Shown here piece after piece: positions 9,136 to 20,101 of a stretch of 64,000 bases of DNA. A model generated the notes under the pieces. That model made no database searches. It was not told the DNA's origin and saw only the letters and a program-made list of their open reading frames with translations. Made by a program: the position numbers and the translations under genes. The stretch lies in NCBI GenBank assembly GCA_963761305.1, contig CAVXGK010000001.1, forward strand, positions 704,001-768,000. Reading direction: 5' to 3'. Origin of the DNA: an uncultured Gemmatimonadaceae bacterium. Lineage in GTDB: Bacteria; Gemmatimonadota; Gemmatimonadetes; Gemmatimonadales; Gemmatimonadaceae. Positions within the stretch are counted from its first letter, which is position 1. The number at the start of each line of letters is the position of its first letter.

Positions 9136-11078
9136 TGCGCCCAACGCTCCGCCCAGGCCTGGAACATGAGGACGGCCCACAGGCCATGCGCCATTCCGCC
9201 GCGGCCGCGCTGCAGCTCCGTCCACGCGCGGCGAACGCGCGTGGCGTCGAGTCCGTTGTCGCGAAGGCGTTGTTCCGCGAGCAACTGCTCACCCCAATCG
9301 CGCAGACTGCCGCGCAGCCACGCCGCGATCGGCACCTCGAAACCCATCTTCGGCCGATCGACGAGCGACGCCGGCACGTATCGGTTCAGCACCTGACGCA
9401 GGATCCACTTGCCGCGGCCGTCGCGGATCTTCATGGCAAGCGGCAGGCGCCACGCAAATTCGACGACGCGGTGGTCGAGCAACGGCACGCGGACCTCGAG
9501 GCTCACCGCCATGCTCGCGCGGTCCGTCTTCGCGAGCAGATCGTCCGGCAGATACACGCCCTGATCGGCCAGCATCATCCGCTCGATGAGACTCCCGACG
9601 TCCGCGTCGAGCAGGTGCTCGAACTGGCCTGTCGGTTCGGTCTCGCCGCGGACGACGGTTTCCGGGTTCTGCCACGCCGACACCATCGAGCGATAGCGCG
9701 CGGTGGCGTTCGATGCGTCGAGCAGCGCGCCGAAGCTGTCGACCTTGTCTCCGGGCCTTCGAACGCGAAGACTTGCTGGAAGCATGGTTGCGACGCCGCC
9801 GGCGATGGTGTCCAGCGCCGACGGCGGCAGCGAGCGGACCGCGCCGGCGAGGAGGCGTCGCGCCGGGAGCGGCGCTCGGCCGACCAATCCGACGAGACGT
9901 TGTCCGCGGATATAGCGGTGATAGCCGCCGAACAGTTCGTCGCCGCCATCACCGGACAGCGCGACGGTGACCGCGCGGCGCGCGAGCTGGCACACCAGGA
10001 ACGTCGGGATCTGCGACGAGTCGGCGAACGGCTCGTCGAACATCGTCGGAAGGCGCGGCACGACGTCGAGCGCGTCGCGATCGGTGACGATCAGTTGCGT
10101 GTGCTTGGTGCCCAGGTGCTGGGCGACGCCGGCGGCGAACGGCGCCTCGTTGTAGTCGGGATGATCGAATCCGATCGAGAACGTTTCGGCCGGCCGCGTC
10201 GACGCCTTCTGCATCAGCGCCACGACGACCGACGAGTCGACGCCGCCGGACAACAACGCGCCGAGCGGCACGTCCGATTGCATCTGCGACGACACGGCGT
10301 CGGTGAGCAGTGCGTCGAGCTGGTCGATCGCCTCCGCGTCGGACCCGGTAAAGGATTCGGCGAGGCCGCGACGCGCGGCGTCCTCGGCAGACCAATACGG
10401 TTCGGGTGCCGGCAAGGCCGCGGCCGCGTCGGTCACGTGGAGGAGGTGACCCGGCGGAAGCTTGATGACGTGGCGAAAGATCGACCGCGGCGCGGGAACG
10501 TAGAGGAGGCGCAGGTAGGAGGTGAGGGCTTGGCGATCCAGCGTCGCGTCGAAGCTCGGGCCCGCGCGGAGCGCCTTGAGCTCCGAGCCGAACGACACCA
10601 CGCCGTCCTTCGCGTAGACATACAGCGGCTTGATGCCGAGCTGATCGCGCACCAGCGACAGCCGCTTGCGGTGCGCGTCCCAAACGGCGATCGCGAACAT
10701 GCCGACGAAGCGCCGAACCGCCACGTCGATGCCCCACCGTTCGAACGCGGCGAGAATGACCTCGCTGTCCGAATGGCCGCGCCACCGAACGCCCGACTGC
10801 TCCAATTCTTTGCTTAGGCCGCGATAATTATAAATCTCGCCGTTGAACACCATCGTGTAGCGGCCGGTGGCGGACCGCATCGGCTGGTGTCCAGCCTCGC
10901 TGAGGTCGAGGATGGCCAGCCGCCGGAACCCGAGGCCCACTCCGTCGGCGGCGTCGGACCAGATCCCGGCGTCGTCGGGGCCGCGATGCGTGATCGGCAC
11001 GATCATTTTGGCGAGCGTCGCGTCAAGATCGCCCGTCGTCGCGCCGCGGCGAACCAGGAGTCCAGCCAATCCGCACAT
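9132..11078 (-). CDS. asnB: asparagine synthase (glutamine-hydrolysing)-like amidotransferase
   Basis: MCGLAG N-terminal Cys, HRGPD, RRLAILD, FNGEIYN, LSGGVDSS, SGDGGDELFGGY, DRASMAVSLEVRVP, KMGF. Confidence 0.93.
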   Translation of the reverse strand: MCGLAGLLVRRGATTGDLDATLAKMIVPITHRGPDDAGIWSDAADGVGLGFRRLAILDLSEAGHQPMRSATGRYTMVFNGEIYNYRGLSKELEQSGVRWRGHSDSEVILAAFERWGIDVAVRRFVGMFAIAVWDAHRKRLSLVRDQLGIKPLYVYAKDGVVSFGSELKALRAGPSFDATLDRQALTSYLRLLYVPAPRSIFRHVIKLPPGHLLHVTDAAAALPAPEPYWSAEDAARRGLAESFTGSDAEAIDQLDALLTDAVSSQMQSDVPLGALLSGGVDSSVVVALMQKASTRPAETFSIGFDHPDYNEAPFAAGVAQHLGTKHTQLIVTDRDALDVVPRLPTMFDEPFADSSQIPTFLVCQLARRAVTVALSGDGGDELFGGYHRYIRGQRLVGLVGRAPLPARRLLAGAVRSLPPSALDTIAGGVATMLPASLRVRRPGDKVDSFGALLDASNATARYRSMVSAWQNPETVVRGETEPTGQFEHLLDADVGSLIERMMLADQGVYLPDDLLAKTDRASMAVSLEVRVPLLDHRVVEFAWRLPLAMKIRDGRGKWILRQVLNRYVPASLVDRPKMGFEVPIAAWLRGSLRDWGEQLLAEQRLRDNGLDATRVRRAWTELQRGRGGMAHGLWAVLMFQAWAERWAQ

Positions 11079-11758
11079 CAGTGCGCCCGCGAGAACAAGG
11101 TCGCCGATGGCCGCCAGTCCGCGACGTCCAGTTCGGGGAAGGGCGAGCCACTTGGTACGTCGACCGCCAACGCCGCGATGCAACCGTCGAACAGATGCAA
11201 GTTCTTGAGACAGTAGCGGCCGACGCGCCCTGCCTCCCGCGGCCTGACCGACACGCTCTTGAGCGGGACACTGAGCCCCTGGCCGAGCGCTTTGAGATAG
11301 GCCTCCTTCAGCGTCCAGTGGGCGTAGAACGAAGCAACCGAGTCCGACGAAGCGCCAACCCGCGCCAGTTCCTCAGGCGTGAGCGAGTCCGAGACGACAT
11401 CCGGCGATACGGCCACTATGCGCTCGAGATCGAGCCCCAAGGGCATCGTCCCTACGGCGATGGCCACGGCGCTTCCCGAATGGGTCACGCTGAAGTGCAG
11501 CGTCTCCATGCCACTCAGGCGCGGTTTTCCCCACCGCTCGTATTCGAATCGCAAGGCGTCGGGCGCCTCGCCCAGATCCCGCGCGAGAATGCAGCGCAGC
11601 GCGATCCGCGCGCAGACGAACGTCTGCCGTGCCGGCTCCGAGACGAATCGGGCCGCCCGCGCACGCTCGTCGTCGCTCAGCACCGCGAGAAGCGATTCCA
11701 GATCGAATACGCTGCAGTCGGCAATTCGCCAGACGGCGACGCGATCAATCGCCGGCAC
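11078..11758 (-). CDS. Sfp-type 4'-phosphopantetheinyl transferase
   Basis: LSDDERARAARF, GKPRL, FSVTHSG, LGLDLE, WTLKEAYLKALGQGL; TGATG coupling to asnB. Confidence 0.92.
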   Translation of the reverse strand: MPAIDRVAVWRIADCSVFDLESLLAVLSDDERARAARFVSEPARQTFVCARIALRCILARDLGEAPDALRFEYERWGKPRLSGMETLHFSVTHSGSAVAIAVGTMPLGLDLERIVAVSPDVVSDSLTPEELARVGASSDSVASFYAHWTLKEAYLKALGQGLSVPLKSVSVRPREAGRVGRYCLKNLHLFDGCIAALAVDVPSGSPFPELDVADWRPSATLFSRAH

Positions 11759-14700
11759 GAGACTCGGTGGCCGGCTCGGATTGAACCGCGTCGATCGCGG
11801 TACGAATGGCCTCCGCCAAACCGAGCGAATATGGAAGTTCGAGCACCGACTCATGGTTGCCGTCGCAGACGTAGACGTCACGACGAGCCGCGACACGTTC
11901 CCAGGCGAGTCTCGGGTCGAGGTCGTCAGCGAGTCCTCGCAGCGATGGATCGTCCGACACGAAGAGCGCGATCGAGCCAGGGTATTTCCCCGCTCGGTAC
12001 CGCTGGAGCACCTCAGCCGTCGCGTCGAGGACGACGCGGAGGTCGCCGGCAGTATCCTTGAAACCGTCGCGCTTCGCAACCTGGACCGCGTTCGCGACCT
12101 GGTCCCGTTCGATCCGATTGGCGCGGGTGGTCTGTCGGCGGTCCTGGAAGAATTGGACGATGCCCTTGCCGTTCGTTCGCGCTTCGCGCAGTTGGTATCG
12201 GAGCCGCTGAGCCTTGAATCGTATCGTTTCGAGGCGCCCTGAGGGGACACCGGGCAGCAGGCAGTTGACCATACCGAGGAGCGCCACCGTTTCGCGTTCC
12301 CGCAGGAGTTGCTGCGCCATCTCGTAGGCGATGAGGCCTCCCGCACAATACCCGACGAAATAGTACGGCCCGTGCGGCTGATGCCGGCGGATGAGCGCGA
12401 GATACTGCGCCGCGCGCTCTTCGACCCGTTCGATGTCCGCCACCGAATCTGGAAAGGCCGAACCAAGGCCGTAGACCGGAAGATCGTCGCCCAGCCCGGC
12501 GACGATGTGTTTCAGCGAGAACATTCCGAGCGCGGCCCCGCCCGGAATCCAGTACAGCGGCGGCCGCGACCCGGCGGCCCGAATCGTCACGAGAGTGTGA
12601 CGCCCCTTCACGTGAGTGTCGTCCTCGATGTGCTTGGCGAGCTGCGCCACGGTGGGCGCTTCGAACAGAGTGTTCAACGGAATCCGTTTGCCAAACACTT
12701 GGGCAGCACGTGACATCAGGCGAACGGCGAGCATCGAGTGACCGCCGAGGTCCCAAAAACTGTCCTCCACGCTGACCCTGGGAATCTCGAAGACTTCGGC
12801 CCACACCTCGGCGAGCTGCTGCTCCACGTAGGTTCGCGCCGCCACGACCACACTCACCGTCGGCACGGCGGCGCCAGTCGGGGCCGGGAGGGCGCGACGG
12901 TCGACCTTGCCGCTTGGCGTCGTCGGTAGCCGATCGAGCTGCACGAACGCCACGGGGATCATGTAATCGGGCAAGCTCACCTTGAGCGCCGCCCGCAGGG
13001 TCGATGGGTCCGCGGCGCCCGCATCGGCGATCACATATGCCACCAAGCGCTTGTCGCCGGGCGTATCCTCCCGCGCGATCACCACCGCCGCACGAATCCC
13101 CGCCTGCGCCGCCAATACACTCTCGATCTCCCCCAACTCGATCCGAAACCCGCGAATCTTCACCTGATGATCCGTGCGGCCCAGGCATTCGATCACGCCG
13201 GCGCGTGAGTAGCGCGCCAAATCCCCCGTCCGGTACAGCCGTTCCCCGGGGAGAAATGGGTCGGCGACGAAACGCTCTGCGGTCAACTCCGGCTGGCCGC
13301 GATAGCCACGGGCCACTCCGGCGCCGCCGATGTAGAGCTCTCCAGTCGCTCCCGGCGGCACGGGACACCGATGCGCGTCGAGAATGTAGGTGGTGGTGTT
13401 CGCCGGCGGCCGTCCGATGTAGATGACCTGATCCCCTTGGCGAATGCGATGAAACGCCGAGTAGATCGTCGTTTCGGTCGGCCCGTAGCCGTTCCACGCC
13501 TCGCTCGACGCCGCGGCGAGGGCCGCACCCAACTCCACCGAAATAGCTTCCCCGCCGCAGATGGTTTTGACCCGGCCATCCCCGCGCCACCCGGTCTCGA
13601 ACAGCATCTTGAACGTCACCGGTGTCGCTTGCACGATCGTCGGCTCGGTCCCCTCGATCAGCGCGCGCAACGCTTCGGGATTGAGCGCCGTTTCGCGAGG
13701 AGCGAGGATGATCCGCGCCCCGGTCGCCAGCGGCATCAGCGTTTCAACTCCAGCGATGTCGAATGATACGGTCGTCACCGCGAGCACTGAATCGCGTGCC
13801 GTCATCCCCGGCACCGCGCGCATCGACCCGAGCAAATTCAGAAAGCCGCCCCGCGTGACCTCCACGCCCTTTGGCCGCCCCGTCGAGCCCGACGTGTACA
13901 ACACGTACGCGAGGTGCTGGGGCCCCACCGCGACCACCGGATTCTCCGCCCGTGCCGCCGCGTCGTGCCCGATCTCCACCGGCACCACGGCCGCGGCGGT
14001 GTCGCGAAACAGCCCCTCGTGCGACGCATTCGTCACGACCGCGCGCAATCCCGCATCCCGCGCCATGTAGACGAGCCGCTCCCGCGGAAAGCCGGGGTCC
14101 AGCGGAACGTATGCACCCCCCGCTTTCACGACGGCGACCAAGGCGATCAGGAGATCAGGCGTGCGCTCCAGACACACACCGACCGGCTCATCGGGGCCGA
14201 CTCCGCACCGGATCAGTTCGTGGGCCAGACGATTCGCCCGCGCGTTCATCTCCGCGTAGGTGACCTCCTCGTCGCCAAACGTGATCGCTGTCCGATTCGG
14301 CCCCGCTTCGACCTGCGCCTCGATCAACTCCGCCAGTGACCGGTCAAGGGGATGGACCGCGTCCGTCTGATTCCAGTCGACCAATACGCGCTGTCGCTCC
14401 TGCGCGGTCAGCATCGGCACCTGCCAGACCGCCGCTCCGGTATCCGACGCCCACGCCGTGAGCATCGTCGTCAGCTGCCCCAGTATTTGGTCCGCCGATT
14501 CGCGGTCGAACAGTTGCGTGTCGTAGTCGAGCTTGAGCGCAAGCGCGTCGCCGCCGTACGCCATCAGCGCGAGCGGGTACCCCGGCTGTTCGCGCAGAGT
14601 GCAAACGCGCCGCTCCCACGCCCCGCCTCGCGCGCGTAGCGCCTCTCCGAATTCGTCGTGCTCGAACATCAGAAACGAGTCGAACAACGATGCCGACGCA

Positions 14701-15767
14701 GGCAAGTCACTCACCTGCTTGATGTCGACCAGGGGCATGTGCTCGTAGCCGCGGAGAGCGACCCATTGTTGGCGTACGCGCTGGAGCCATTCGCGCACGG
14801 GCAACTCGGCGTCGATCGCGATCCGAATCGGGACGGTGGCGAGGAACAGCCCGACCATCGCGTCAGCGTCGGGAATCGTCCCGCGCCGAGTCGTTTTCGT
14901 CACGCCGAACACGACGTCGGATTCGCCGCTATGTCTCGCCAGCAGCAGCGCCCAGGCGGCAATTACGAGAGAATTGAGCGATAGTTGCTCTCGCGTGGCC
15001 AGGGCGCGCAGCTCCTCGGTCACCGCACCGGAAAGGCGCACACGCGCTTCGCCAAAGTGTTCGCTCGTGCCATCGACGTGATCGCCGCGAGCGACGTGCG
15101 GCAGCGGCGTCGTCGCGGTGAATCCGGACAACGCGTCCCGCCAGAAGGCGCGCGCTGCCGACGCGTCTTGCGCCGCTACCCATTCGGCATATTCGCGATA
15201 CGGACGTCTGGCCGCCGCGTCGCCGTTCTCGTTCGCCTCGGCCCCGTCATAGACGGAGAAGACGCGCTCGAGGATCGTCGCGAACGATCGTCCATCGATC
15301 AGGATGTGATGAAACGTCCAGATCATTCGGAAGTCGGCCGCTCCGAGTTGAAGCAGCGACACCCGCATGGCCGGCGCCGTCGCGAGGTCGAACCCCTCGC
15401 GGCGGTCGTCGCGCAAGAACTCCTCGATCCACGCGTCGCGGTCCGACGCGGTCCGCTGGCGCAGATCGTGGGCACGGAACGGCAACGTCACCGTGTCGGC
15501 GCTGTATTGCGCCGGCGACTTCCGATTCTCCCAGACGAACGCCGTCCGCAATGTCGGAAAGTCACGCAGAGCGCGTTGCCAACTTGCCTCGAGGCGCGCC
15601 GCGTCGATCGGCTCGCGCAAATCGGCAACGATCTGTTCGACGTCGGTGCCGGAATGCCGGCCCCGAAGCCAATGAAAGAGCATTCCCGACTGAATCGGAG
15701 TCAGCGGATACAGCGCGGGCCGCGCCGCGCTGGACTCAGGGGGGCGAAGGTCTTCGACCGCCGTCAC
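11745..15767 (-). CDS. monomodular NRPS C-A-PCP-TE; A domain predicted Gly/small residue
   Basis: [77 protein letters not shown]. Manually read specificity code DIVQIGGIYK resembles the Gly code DILQLGLIWK. Confidence 0.93.
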   Translation of the reverse strand: MTAVEDLRPPESSAARPALYPLTPIQSGMLFHWLRGRHSGTDVEQIVADLREPIDAARLEASWQRALRDFPTLRTAFVWENRKSPAQYSADTVTLPFRAHDLRQRTASDRDAWIEEFLRDDRREGFDLATAPAMRVSLLQLGAADFRMIWTFHHILIDGRSFATILERVFSVYDGAEANENGDAAARRPYREYAEWVAAQDASAARAFWRDALSGFTATTPLPHVARGDHVDGTSEHFGEARVRLSGAVTEELRALATREQLSLNSLVIAAWALLLARHSGESDVVFGVTKTTRRGTIPDADAMVGLFLATVPIRIAIDAELPVREWLQRVRQQWVALRGYEHMPLVDIKQVSDLPASASLFDSFLMFEHDEFGEALRARGGAWERRVCTLREQPGYPLALMAYGGDALALKLDYDTQLFDRESADQILGQLTTMLTAWASDTGAAVWQVPMLTAQERQRVLVDWNQTDAVHPLDRSLAELIEAQVEAGPNRTAITFGDEEVTYAEMNARANRLAHELIRCGVGPDEPVGVCLERTPDLLIALVAVVKAGGAYVPLDPGFPRERLVYMARDAGLRAVVTNASHEGLFRDTAAAVVPVEIGHDAAARAENPVVAVGPQHLAYVLYTSGSTGRPKGVEVTRGGFLNLLGSMRAVPGMTARDSVLAVTTVSFDIAGVETLMPLATGARIILAPRETALNPEALRALIEGTEPTIVQATPVTFKMLFETGWRGDGRVKTICGGEAISVELGAALAAASSEAWNGYGPTETTIYSAFHRIRQGDQVIYIGRPPANTTTYILDAHRCPVPPGATGELYIGGAGVARGYRGQPELTAERFVADPFLPGERLYRTGDLARYSRAGVIECLGRTDHQVKIRGFRIELGEIESVLAAQAGIRAAVVIAREDTPGDKRLVAYVIADAGAADPSTLRAALKVSLPDYMIPVAFVQLDRLPTTPSGKVDRRALPAPTGAAVPTVSVVVAARTYVEQQLAEVWAEVFEIPRVSVEDSFWDLGGHSMLAVRLMSRAAQVFGKRIPLNTLFEAPTVAQLAKHIEDDTHVKGRHTLVTIRAAGSRPPLYWIPGGAALGMFSLKHIVAGLGDDLPVYGLGSAFPDSVADIERVEERAAQYLALIRRHQPHGPYYFVGYCAGGLIAYEMAQQLLRERETVALLGMVNCLLPGVPSGRLETIRFKAQRLRYQLREARTNGKGIVQFFQDRRQTTRANRIERDQVANAVQVAKRDGFKDTAGDLRVVLDATAEVLQRYRAGKYPGSIALFVSDDPSLRGLADDLDPRLAWERVAARRDVYVCDGNHESVLELPYSLGLAEAIRTAIDAVQSEPATESRAGD

Positions 15768-16060
15768 GAAGCAACACTCATCTCATCGTCCGCGGGATTC
15801 GCACGCACGGCATCCGATTTCGAGGGTGACCGGCGAATGCGCCAAGTCAGGCGCGTAGGCGTCCGCCGATCAGGCATCTGACCGACAAGTAGGTGGCCCC
15901 GAGGTGACGACGAAATGTCGCACTCGCTCCCGGTTTTCCGAGTCGGCCTCGAACAGGCGGACCATCAAGATTTCTTACCTGGGGAACATAGGCCCGAACG
16001 CACCGACCGGGGCGCCGCCCGGTGTTCAGATAACGCCCACTCGATTGGTCTCGACGCATG

Positions 16061-19000
16061 CTACGGTCGAGACTCGGACAGCTCGGCCCATGCCGACTCG
16101 AGCGCGCTACGAAGCCGCGATGCCAAGCTCAGCGCGTACGGAAGGCCAAGGACCGACTCATGGTTCCCCTCGCACACGTAGACGTCGCGGCGAGTCGCCA
16201 CTCGATCCCACGCGAGGCGCGGATCGAGGTTGGCGCCAACGCCACGCAATGACGGATCGTCGGACACGAAGAGACTCACCGGCCCGGGGTACTGGCGAAC
16301 CTGATACCGTTCGATCGCCCGGTCGGTGAGCTCGAGCACCACGCGATATTGATGCTCGCCGTTGTCCTTGAAGCCCTCCCGCCTCACACGTTCAGTGGCG
16401 CGCGAAACTCGCTCCTGCTCGGCGCGGTGCGCGTTCATCCTCTTCTGCCGGTCGCGGAAATAGCCCACGAAGCCGATGCCTTGCTGCTTGGCCTCCTGAA
16501 GCTGATGCCGGAGCCGCTGGACCTTGAATCGAATTTTCTCGACACGGCCTGATGGCACGCCCGGGAGAGAGCAGTTGATCATCCCCAGCAGCCCGATTTG
16601 CTCGTTCTCGCGTAACAGCAGTTGCGCCATCTCGAACGCGATCACGCCGCCAGCGCAGTAGCCGACGAAGAAGTACGGGCCATGCGGCTGAACCCGCCGG
16701 ATGAGCGAGAGGTATTCCGCGGCGCGCTCTTCGACGCGCTCGACGTCCTCCACCGTATTGGGAAATGCCGATCCGAGCCCGTACACCGGGACGTCGTCGC
16801 CGAGCGCCGGAACGAGATGCTTCAGCGAGAACATTCCGAGCGCCGCGCCACCCGGAATCCAATACAGCGGCGGCCTCGCGCCGGTGACGCGAGCGGGTAC
16901 GAGGGTATGACGACCGTGAACTCTGCTGTCGTCTTCGAGATGTTTCGCGAGCTGCTCTACAGTCGGCGCTTCGAAGAGCGTGTTCAGCGGAATGCGCTTG
17001 CCGAACGCTTGCGCGATCCTCGCCATCAGTCTCACGGCGAGCATCGAGTGTCCGCCCAGATCCCAAAAACTGTCCGTGACGCTGATCGGCGACATCTTGA
17101 AGACGCTCTCCCAAACGTCGGCCATCTGCCGCTCCAAATACGTGCGAGGACCCACGATCGTGCGCTTCACCGTGGCCTCGGCGCCGGTCGGTGCGGGGAG
17201 TGCGCGACGGTCGATCTTGCCGCTCGGCGTCGTGGGGAGGCGTTCGAGTTGCACGAACGCCGACGGCACCATGTACTCGGGCAGACGGGATTTCAACGCC
17301 GCGCGGAGCGCGGAGGCGTCGAGGATGTCGGCCTCGGCGACGACGTAGGCGACCAAGCGCTTGTCACCCGGTGTGTCTTCACGCGCGACGACCACGGCCT
17401 CGCGGACGCCGGCTTGCGCCGCGAGCACGTTCTCGATCTCGCCCAGCTCGATGCGGAAGCCGCGGATCTTGACCTGGTCGTCGTTGCGGCCCAGGTACTC
17501 GATGCTGCCGTCGGCCAGGAAACGGCCGGTGTCGCCCGTCTTGTACATCCTGCCGCCCGCGTGAAACGGGTCGTCGACGAAGCGCTCGGCAGTGAGTTCC
17601 GGCCGGTTCAGGTAGCCGCGGGCCACGCCCGCCCCCCCCACAAACAGCTCGCCTTCCACACCGACGGGCACGGGCTCGCGGTGCGAGTCGAGGATGTAGA
17701 TCTGCAGGTCCGGGATGCGCTTGCCGATCGGACTCGCGCCCGCGCGCAGCGCGTCCACCGGCTGCAGCGGGCGGTAAGTCACGTGCACCGTCGTCTCGGT
17801 GATTCCGTACATGTTCACCAGCTGTGCGGACGCGTTCCGTTCGCGCTCGTACCAGGGCCTCAACGTCGCCATCTCGAGCGCCTCGCCGCCGAAGATCACG
17901 TAACGCAGCGCGTGGCGCTGCTGCTCGCTCTCCTCTTGGGCCGCCACGAGCTGACGGAACGCGCTTGGCGTCTGATTGAGCACCGTCACGCCTTCGTCGC
18001 ACAGCAGCTGGTAGAACTCCTGCGGCGCGCGGGCGGTCTGCTGCGGCACCACGACCAGCCGTCCACCGTAGGCGAACGCGCCCCAGATTTCCCAAACTGA
18101 AAAGTCGAACGCGTATGAGTGAAATAGCGTCCACACATCCTCGGGCCCGAAGTGATACCAGGCTTCGGTGGCGGTCAGCAGACGCGTCACGTTCGCGTGT
18201 TCGACCATCACGCCTTTGGGCGTGCCCGTCGAGCCCGATGTGTAGATGATGTAGGCGAGATTGCGGGACGTACCTCCGTCGCGCGGCGGGTTCGTCGTCG
18301 CTTCCTCGGCCCACGCGGACTCGTCGGCCAGGTCGAGGACCGGAACCGACTCCGTCGCCAGCGACGCTCCGGCTCCGTGCACCAGGACCATCGCCGGCGC
18401 GCTGTCGCGCAGCATGAAGGCCAGCCGCTCGGGCGGATACGCCGGATCCAGCGGTACGTACGCACCGCCGGCCTTGAGCACGGCCAGGAGGCCAACCACC
18501 ATCTCCACGCTGCGCTCCACCGAAACACCGACGAGAACGTCGGGTCCTATGCCGCGACGTCGCAGGTGGTGCGCGAGGCGGTTCGCGCGCTGGTTGAGCT
18601 GCGCGTACGTGAGCGATGTGCCTTCGTGGACCAGCGCCACCGCGTCACCACGCAGGCTCGCTCGTGCCTCGAACAGCTCGTGGATACACGCCGACTGGGG
18701 ATACTGCACCGGTGTGTCGTTCCACTCGTACAACACGCGCCGGCGCTCCGGCTCCGTGAGCATCGGAACCTGCCAGACGGCCCGGTCGGCGTTCGACGCC
18801 CATCCCCCGAGGATCGTCGTCAGGTGCCCGAGGAGACGATGGACGGCTTGGCGATCGAATTGGCGCGTGTCGTAGTCGAGCTTGAGGGTGAGCGCATCGC
18901 CGTCGTAGGCCGTGAGCGCGAGTGGATACCCCGGTTGCCCCGCCGTCGCGACCGACCGCCGCTCCCATGCGCCACCCTTCGATCGCAGCCGCCGGCCGAG

Positions 19001-20101
19001 CTCGTATCGCTCGAGCATGACGAGCGAATCAAACAGCGACGCGGCCGCGGGCACCGGGCTTCCCTGTTTGATGTCGACGAGCGGCACGTGCTCGTGACCG
19101 CGCAACACGACCCACTCGTCGCGCACGCGACGCAACCATTCGACGACCGACAGTTCCTGATCCACGGCAACCCGAATAGGAATGGTGGCGAGGAAGAGCC
19201 CGACCATCTCGTTCGCGCCGGGGATCGTGCGGCCTCGGGTGCTCTCGGCGACGCCGAACACGACCTCCCGCTCGCCGTTGTGCCGCGCCAACAAGAGCGC
19301 CCAGGCGGCGACGACCAGCGATTCGACCGAGAGCTGCTGTCGCGCCGCGAGTGCGCGGAGGTCGTCCGTTGCCGATTCCGACAAACCGACGCGCGCTTCG
19401 TCGAACGGGTCGCTCGCCGGTTCGACCGGTTCGGCGTGCGGAAGCGGCGTCGTGGCGGTGAATCCGGCCAGCTTGGCGCGCCAGAAATCGCGAGCGACTT
19501 CTCCGTTCTGCGCGGCGATCCAATCGACGTACTCTCGATACGGCGTCTCTTTCGCCGGCCCGGTGCCGGTCGCCGAGCCGGAATCGTACGCCGCGAAGAC
19601 GCGATCGAGAATGATCTCGCAGGATCTGGTGTCGAACAGGATGTGGTGAAACGTCCAGACCATCTGGAATTCCGTTTCGCCGAGCTGGAAGAGCGACACG
19701 CGCGTGGCGGGCGCGGCGGCGAGATTGAAGCCCTTGCGGCGGTCGTCGCGGATGAATTCCCGGATCTGGGCGACGCGATCACCGTCGGCCAGGTGACGAA
19801 GGTCGTGAACCTCGAAGGGCAGGCGCGTGCCGTCGTCGATGTACTGCGCCGGCGACGCGAGGCCTTCCCAGGCGAACGCGGTGCGCAACGCCGCGAACTC
19901 CGAGACGACCCGCCGCCAGCTCGCCTCGAGTCGCGCCGGATCGATCGTCTCGTGGAGTTCGGCGACGACCTGCTCGATGTCGGTTCCCGAATGGCGGTCG
20001 CGGAGCCAATGAAAGAGCATCCCCTCCTGAATCGGAGAGAGGGGACACGAGTCGCCGTGCGTGCCGGTCGACGCGAACCGGAAACGGTCCGTCGCCGTCA
20101 C
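16061..20101 (-). CDS. monomodular NRPS C-A-PCP-TE; A domain predicted L-Thr
   Basis: GTG start at 20101 overlapping the CapA stop. [40 protein letters not shown] give code DFWNIGMVHK (canonical Thr). PCP: LGGHS. TE: GYCAGG. Confidence 0.93.
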   Translation of the reverse strand: MTATDRFRFASTGTHGDSCPLSPIQEGMLFHWLRDRHSGTDIEQVVAELHETIDPARLEASWRRVVSEFAALRTAFAWEGLASPAQYIDDGTRLPFEVHDLRHLADGDRVAQIREFIRDDRRKGFNLAAAPATRVSLFQLGETEFQMVWTFHHILFDTRSCEIILDRVFAAYDSGSATGTGPAKETPYREYVDWIAAQNGEVARDFWRAKLAGFTATTPLPHAEPVEPASDPFDEARVGLSESATDDLRALAARQQLSVESLVVAAWALLLARHNGEREVVFGVAESTRGRTIPGANEMVGLFLATIPIRVAVDQELSVVEWLRRVRDEWVVLRGHEHVPLVDIKQGSPVPAAASLFDSLVMLERYELGRRLRSKGGAWERRSVATAGQPGYPLALTAYDGDALTLKLDYDTRQFDRQAVHRLLGHLTTILGGWASNADRAVWQVPMLTEPERRRVLYEWNDTPVQYPQSACIHELFEARASLRGDAVALVHEGTSLTYAQLNQRANRLAHHLRRRGIGPDVLVGVSVERSVEMVVGLLAVLKAGGAYVPLDPAYPPERLAFMLRDSAPAMVLVHGAGASLATESVPVLDLADESAWAEEATTNPPRDGGTSRNLAYIIYTSGSTGTPKGVMVEHANVTRLLTATEAWYHFGPEDVWTLFHSYAFDFSVWEIWGAFAYGGRLVVVPQQTARAPQEFYQLLCDEGVTVLNQTPSAFRQLVAAQEESEQQRHALRYVIFGGEALEMATLRPWYERERNASAQLVNMYGITETTVHVTYRPLQPVDALRAGASPIGKRIPDLQIYILDSHREPVPVGVEGELFVGGAGVARGYLNRPELTAERFVDDPFHAGGRMYKTGDTGRFLADGSIEYLGRNDDQVKIRGFRIELGEIENVLAAQAGVREAVVVAREDTPGDKRLVAYVVAEADILDASALRAALKSRLPEYMVPSAFVQLERLPTTPSGKIDRRALPAPTGAEATVKRTIVGPRTYLERQMADVWESVFKMSPISVTDSFWDLGGHSMLAVRLMARIAQAFGKRIPLNTLFEAPTVEQLAKHLEDDSRVHGRHTLVPARVTGARPPLYWIPGGAALGMFSLKHLVPALGDDVPVYGLGSAFPNTVEDVERVEERAAEYLSLIRRVQPHGPYFFVGYCAGGVIAFEMAQLLLRENEQIGLLGMINCSLPGVPSGRVEKIRFKVQRLRHQLQEAKQQGIGFVGYFRDRQKRMNAHRAEQERVSRATERVRREGFKDNGEHQYRVVLELTDRAIERYQVRQYPGPVSLFVSDDPSLRGVGANLDPRLAWDRVATRRDVYVCEGNHESVLGLPYALSLASRLRSALESAWAELSESRP

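Noticed and set aside
11759..12466. Long N-terminal extension of the PPTase (462-aa ORF)
   Set aside because: It overlaps the NRPS TE coding region; PPTase-like sequence begins near 11758.
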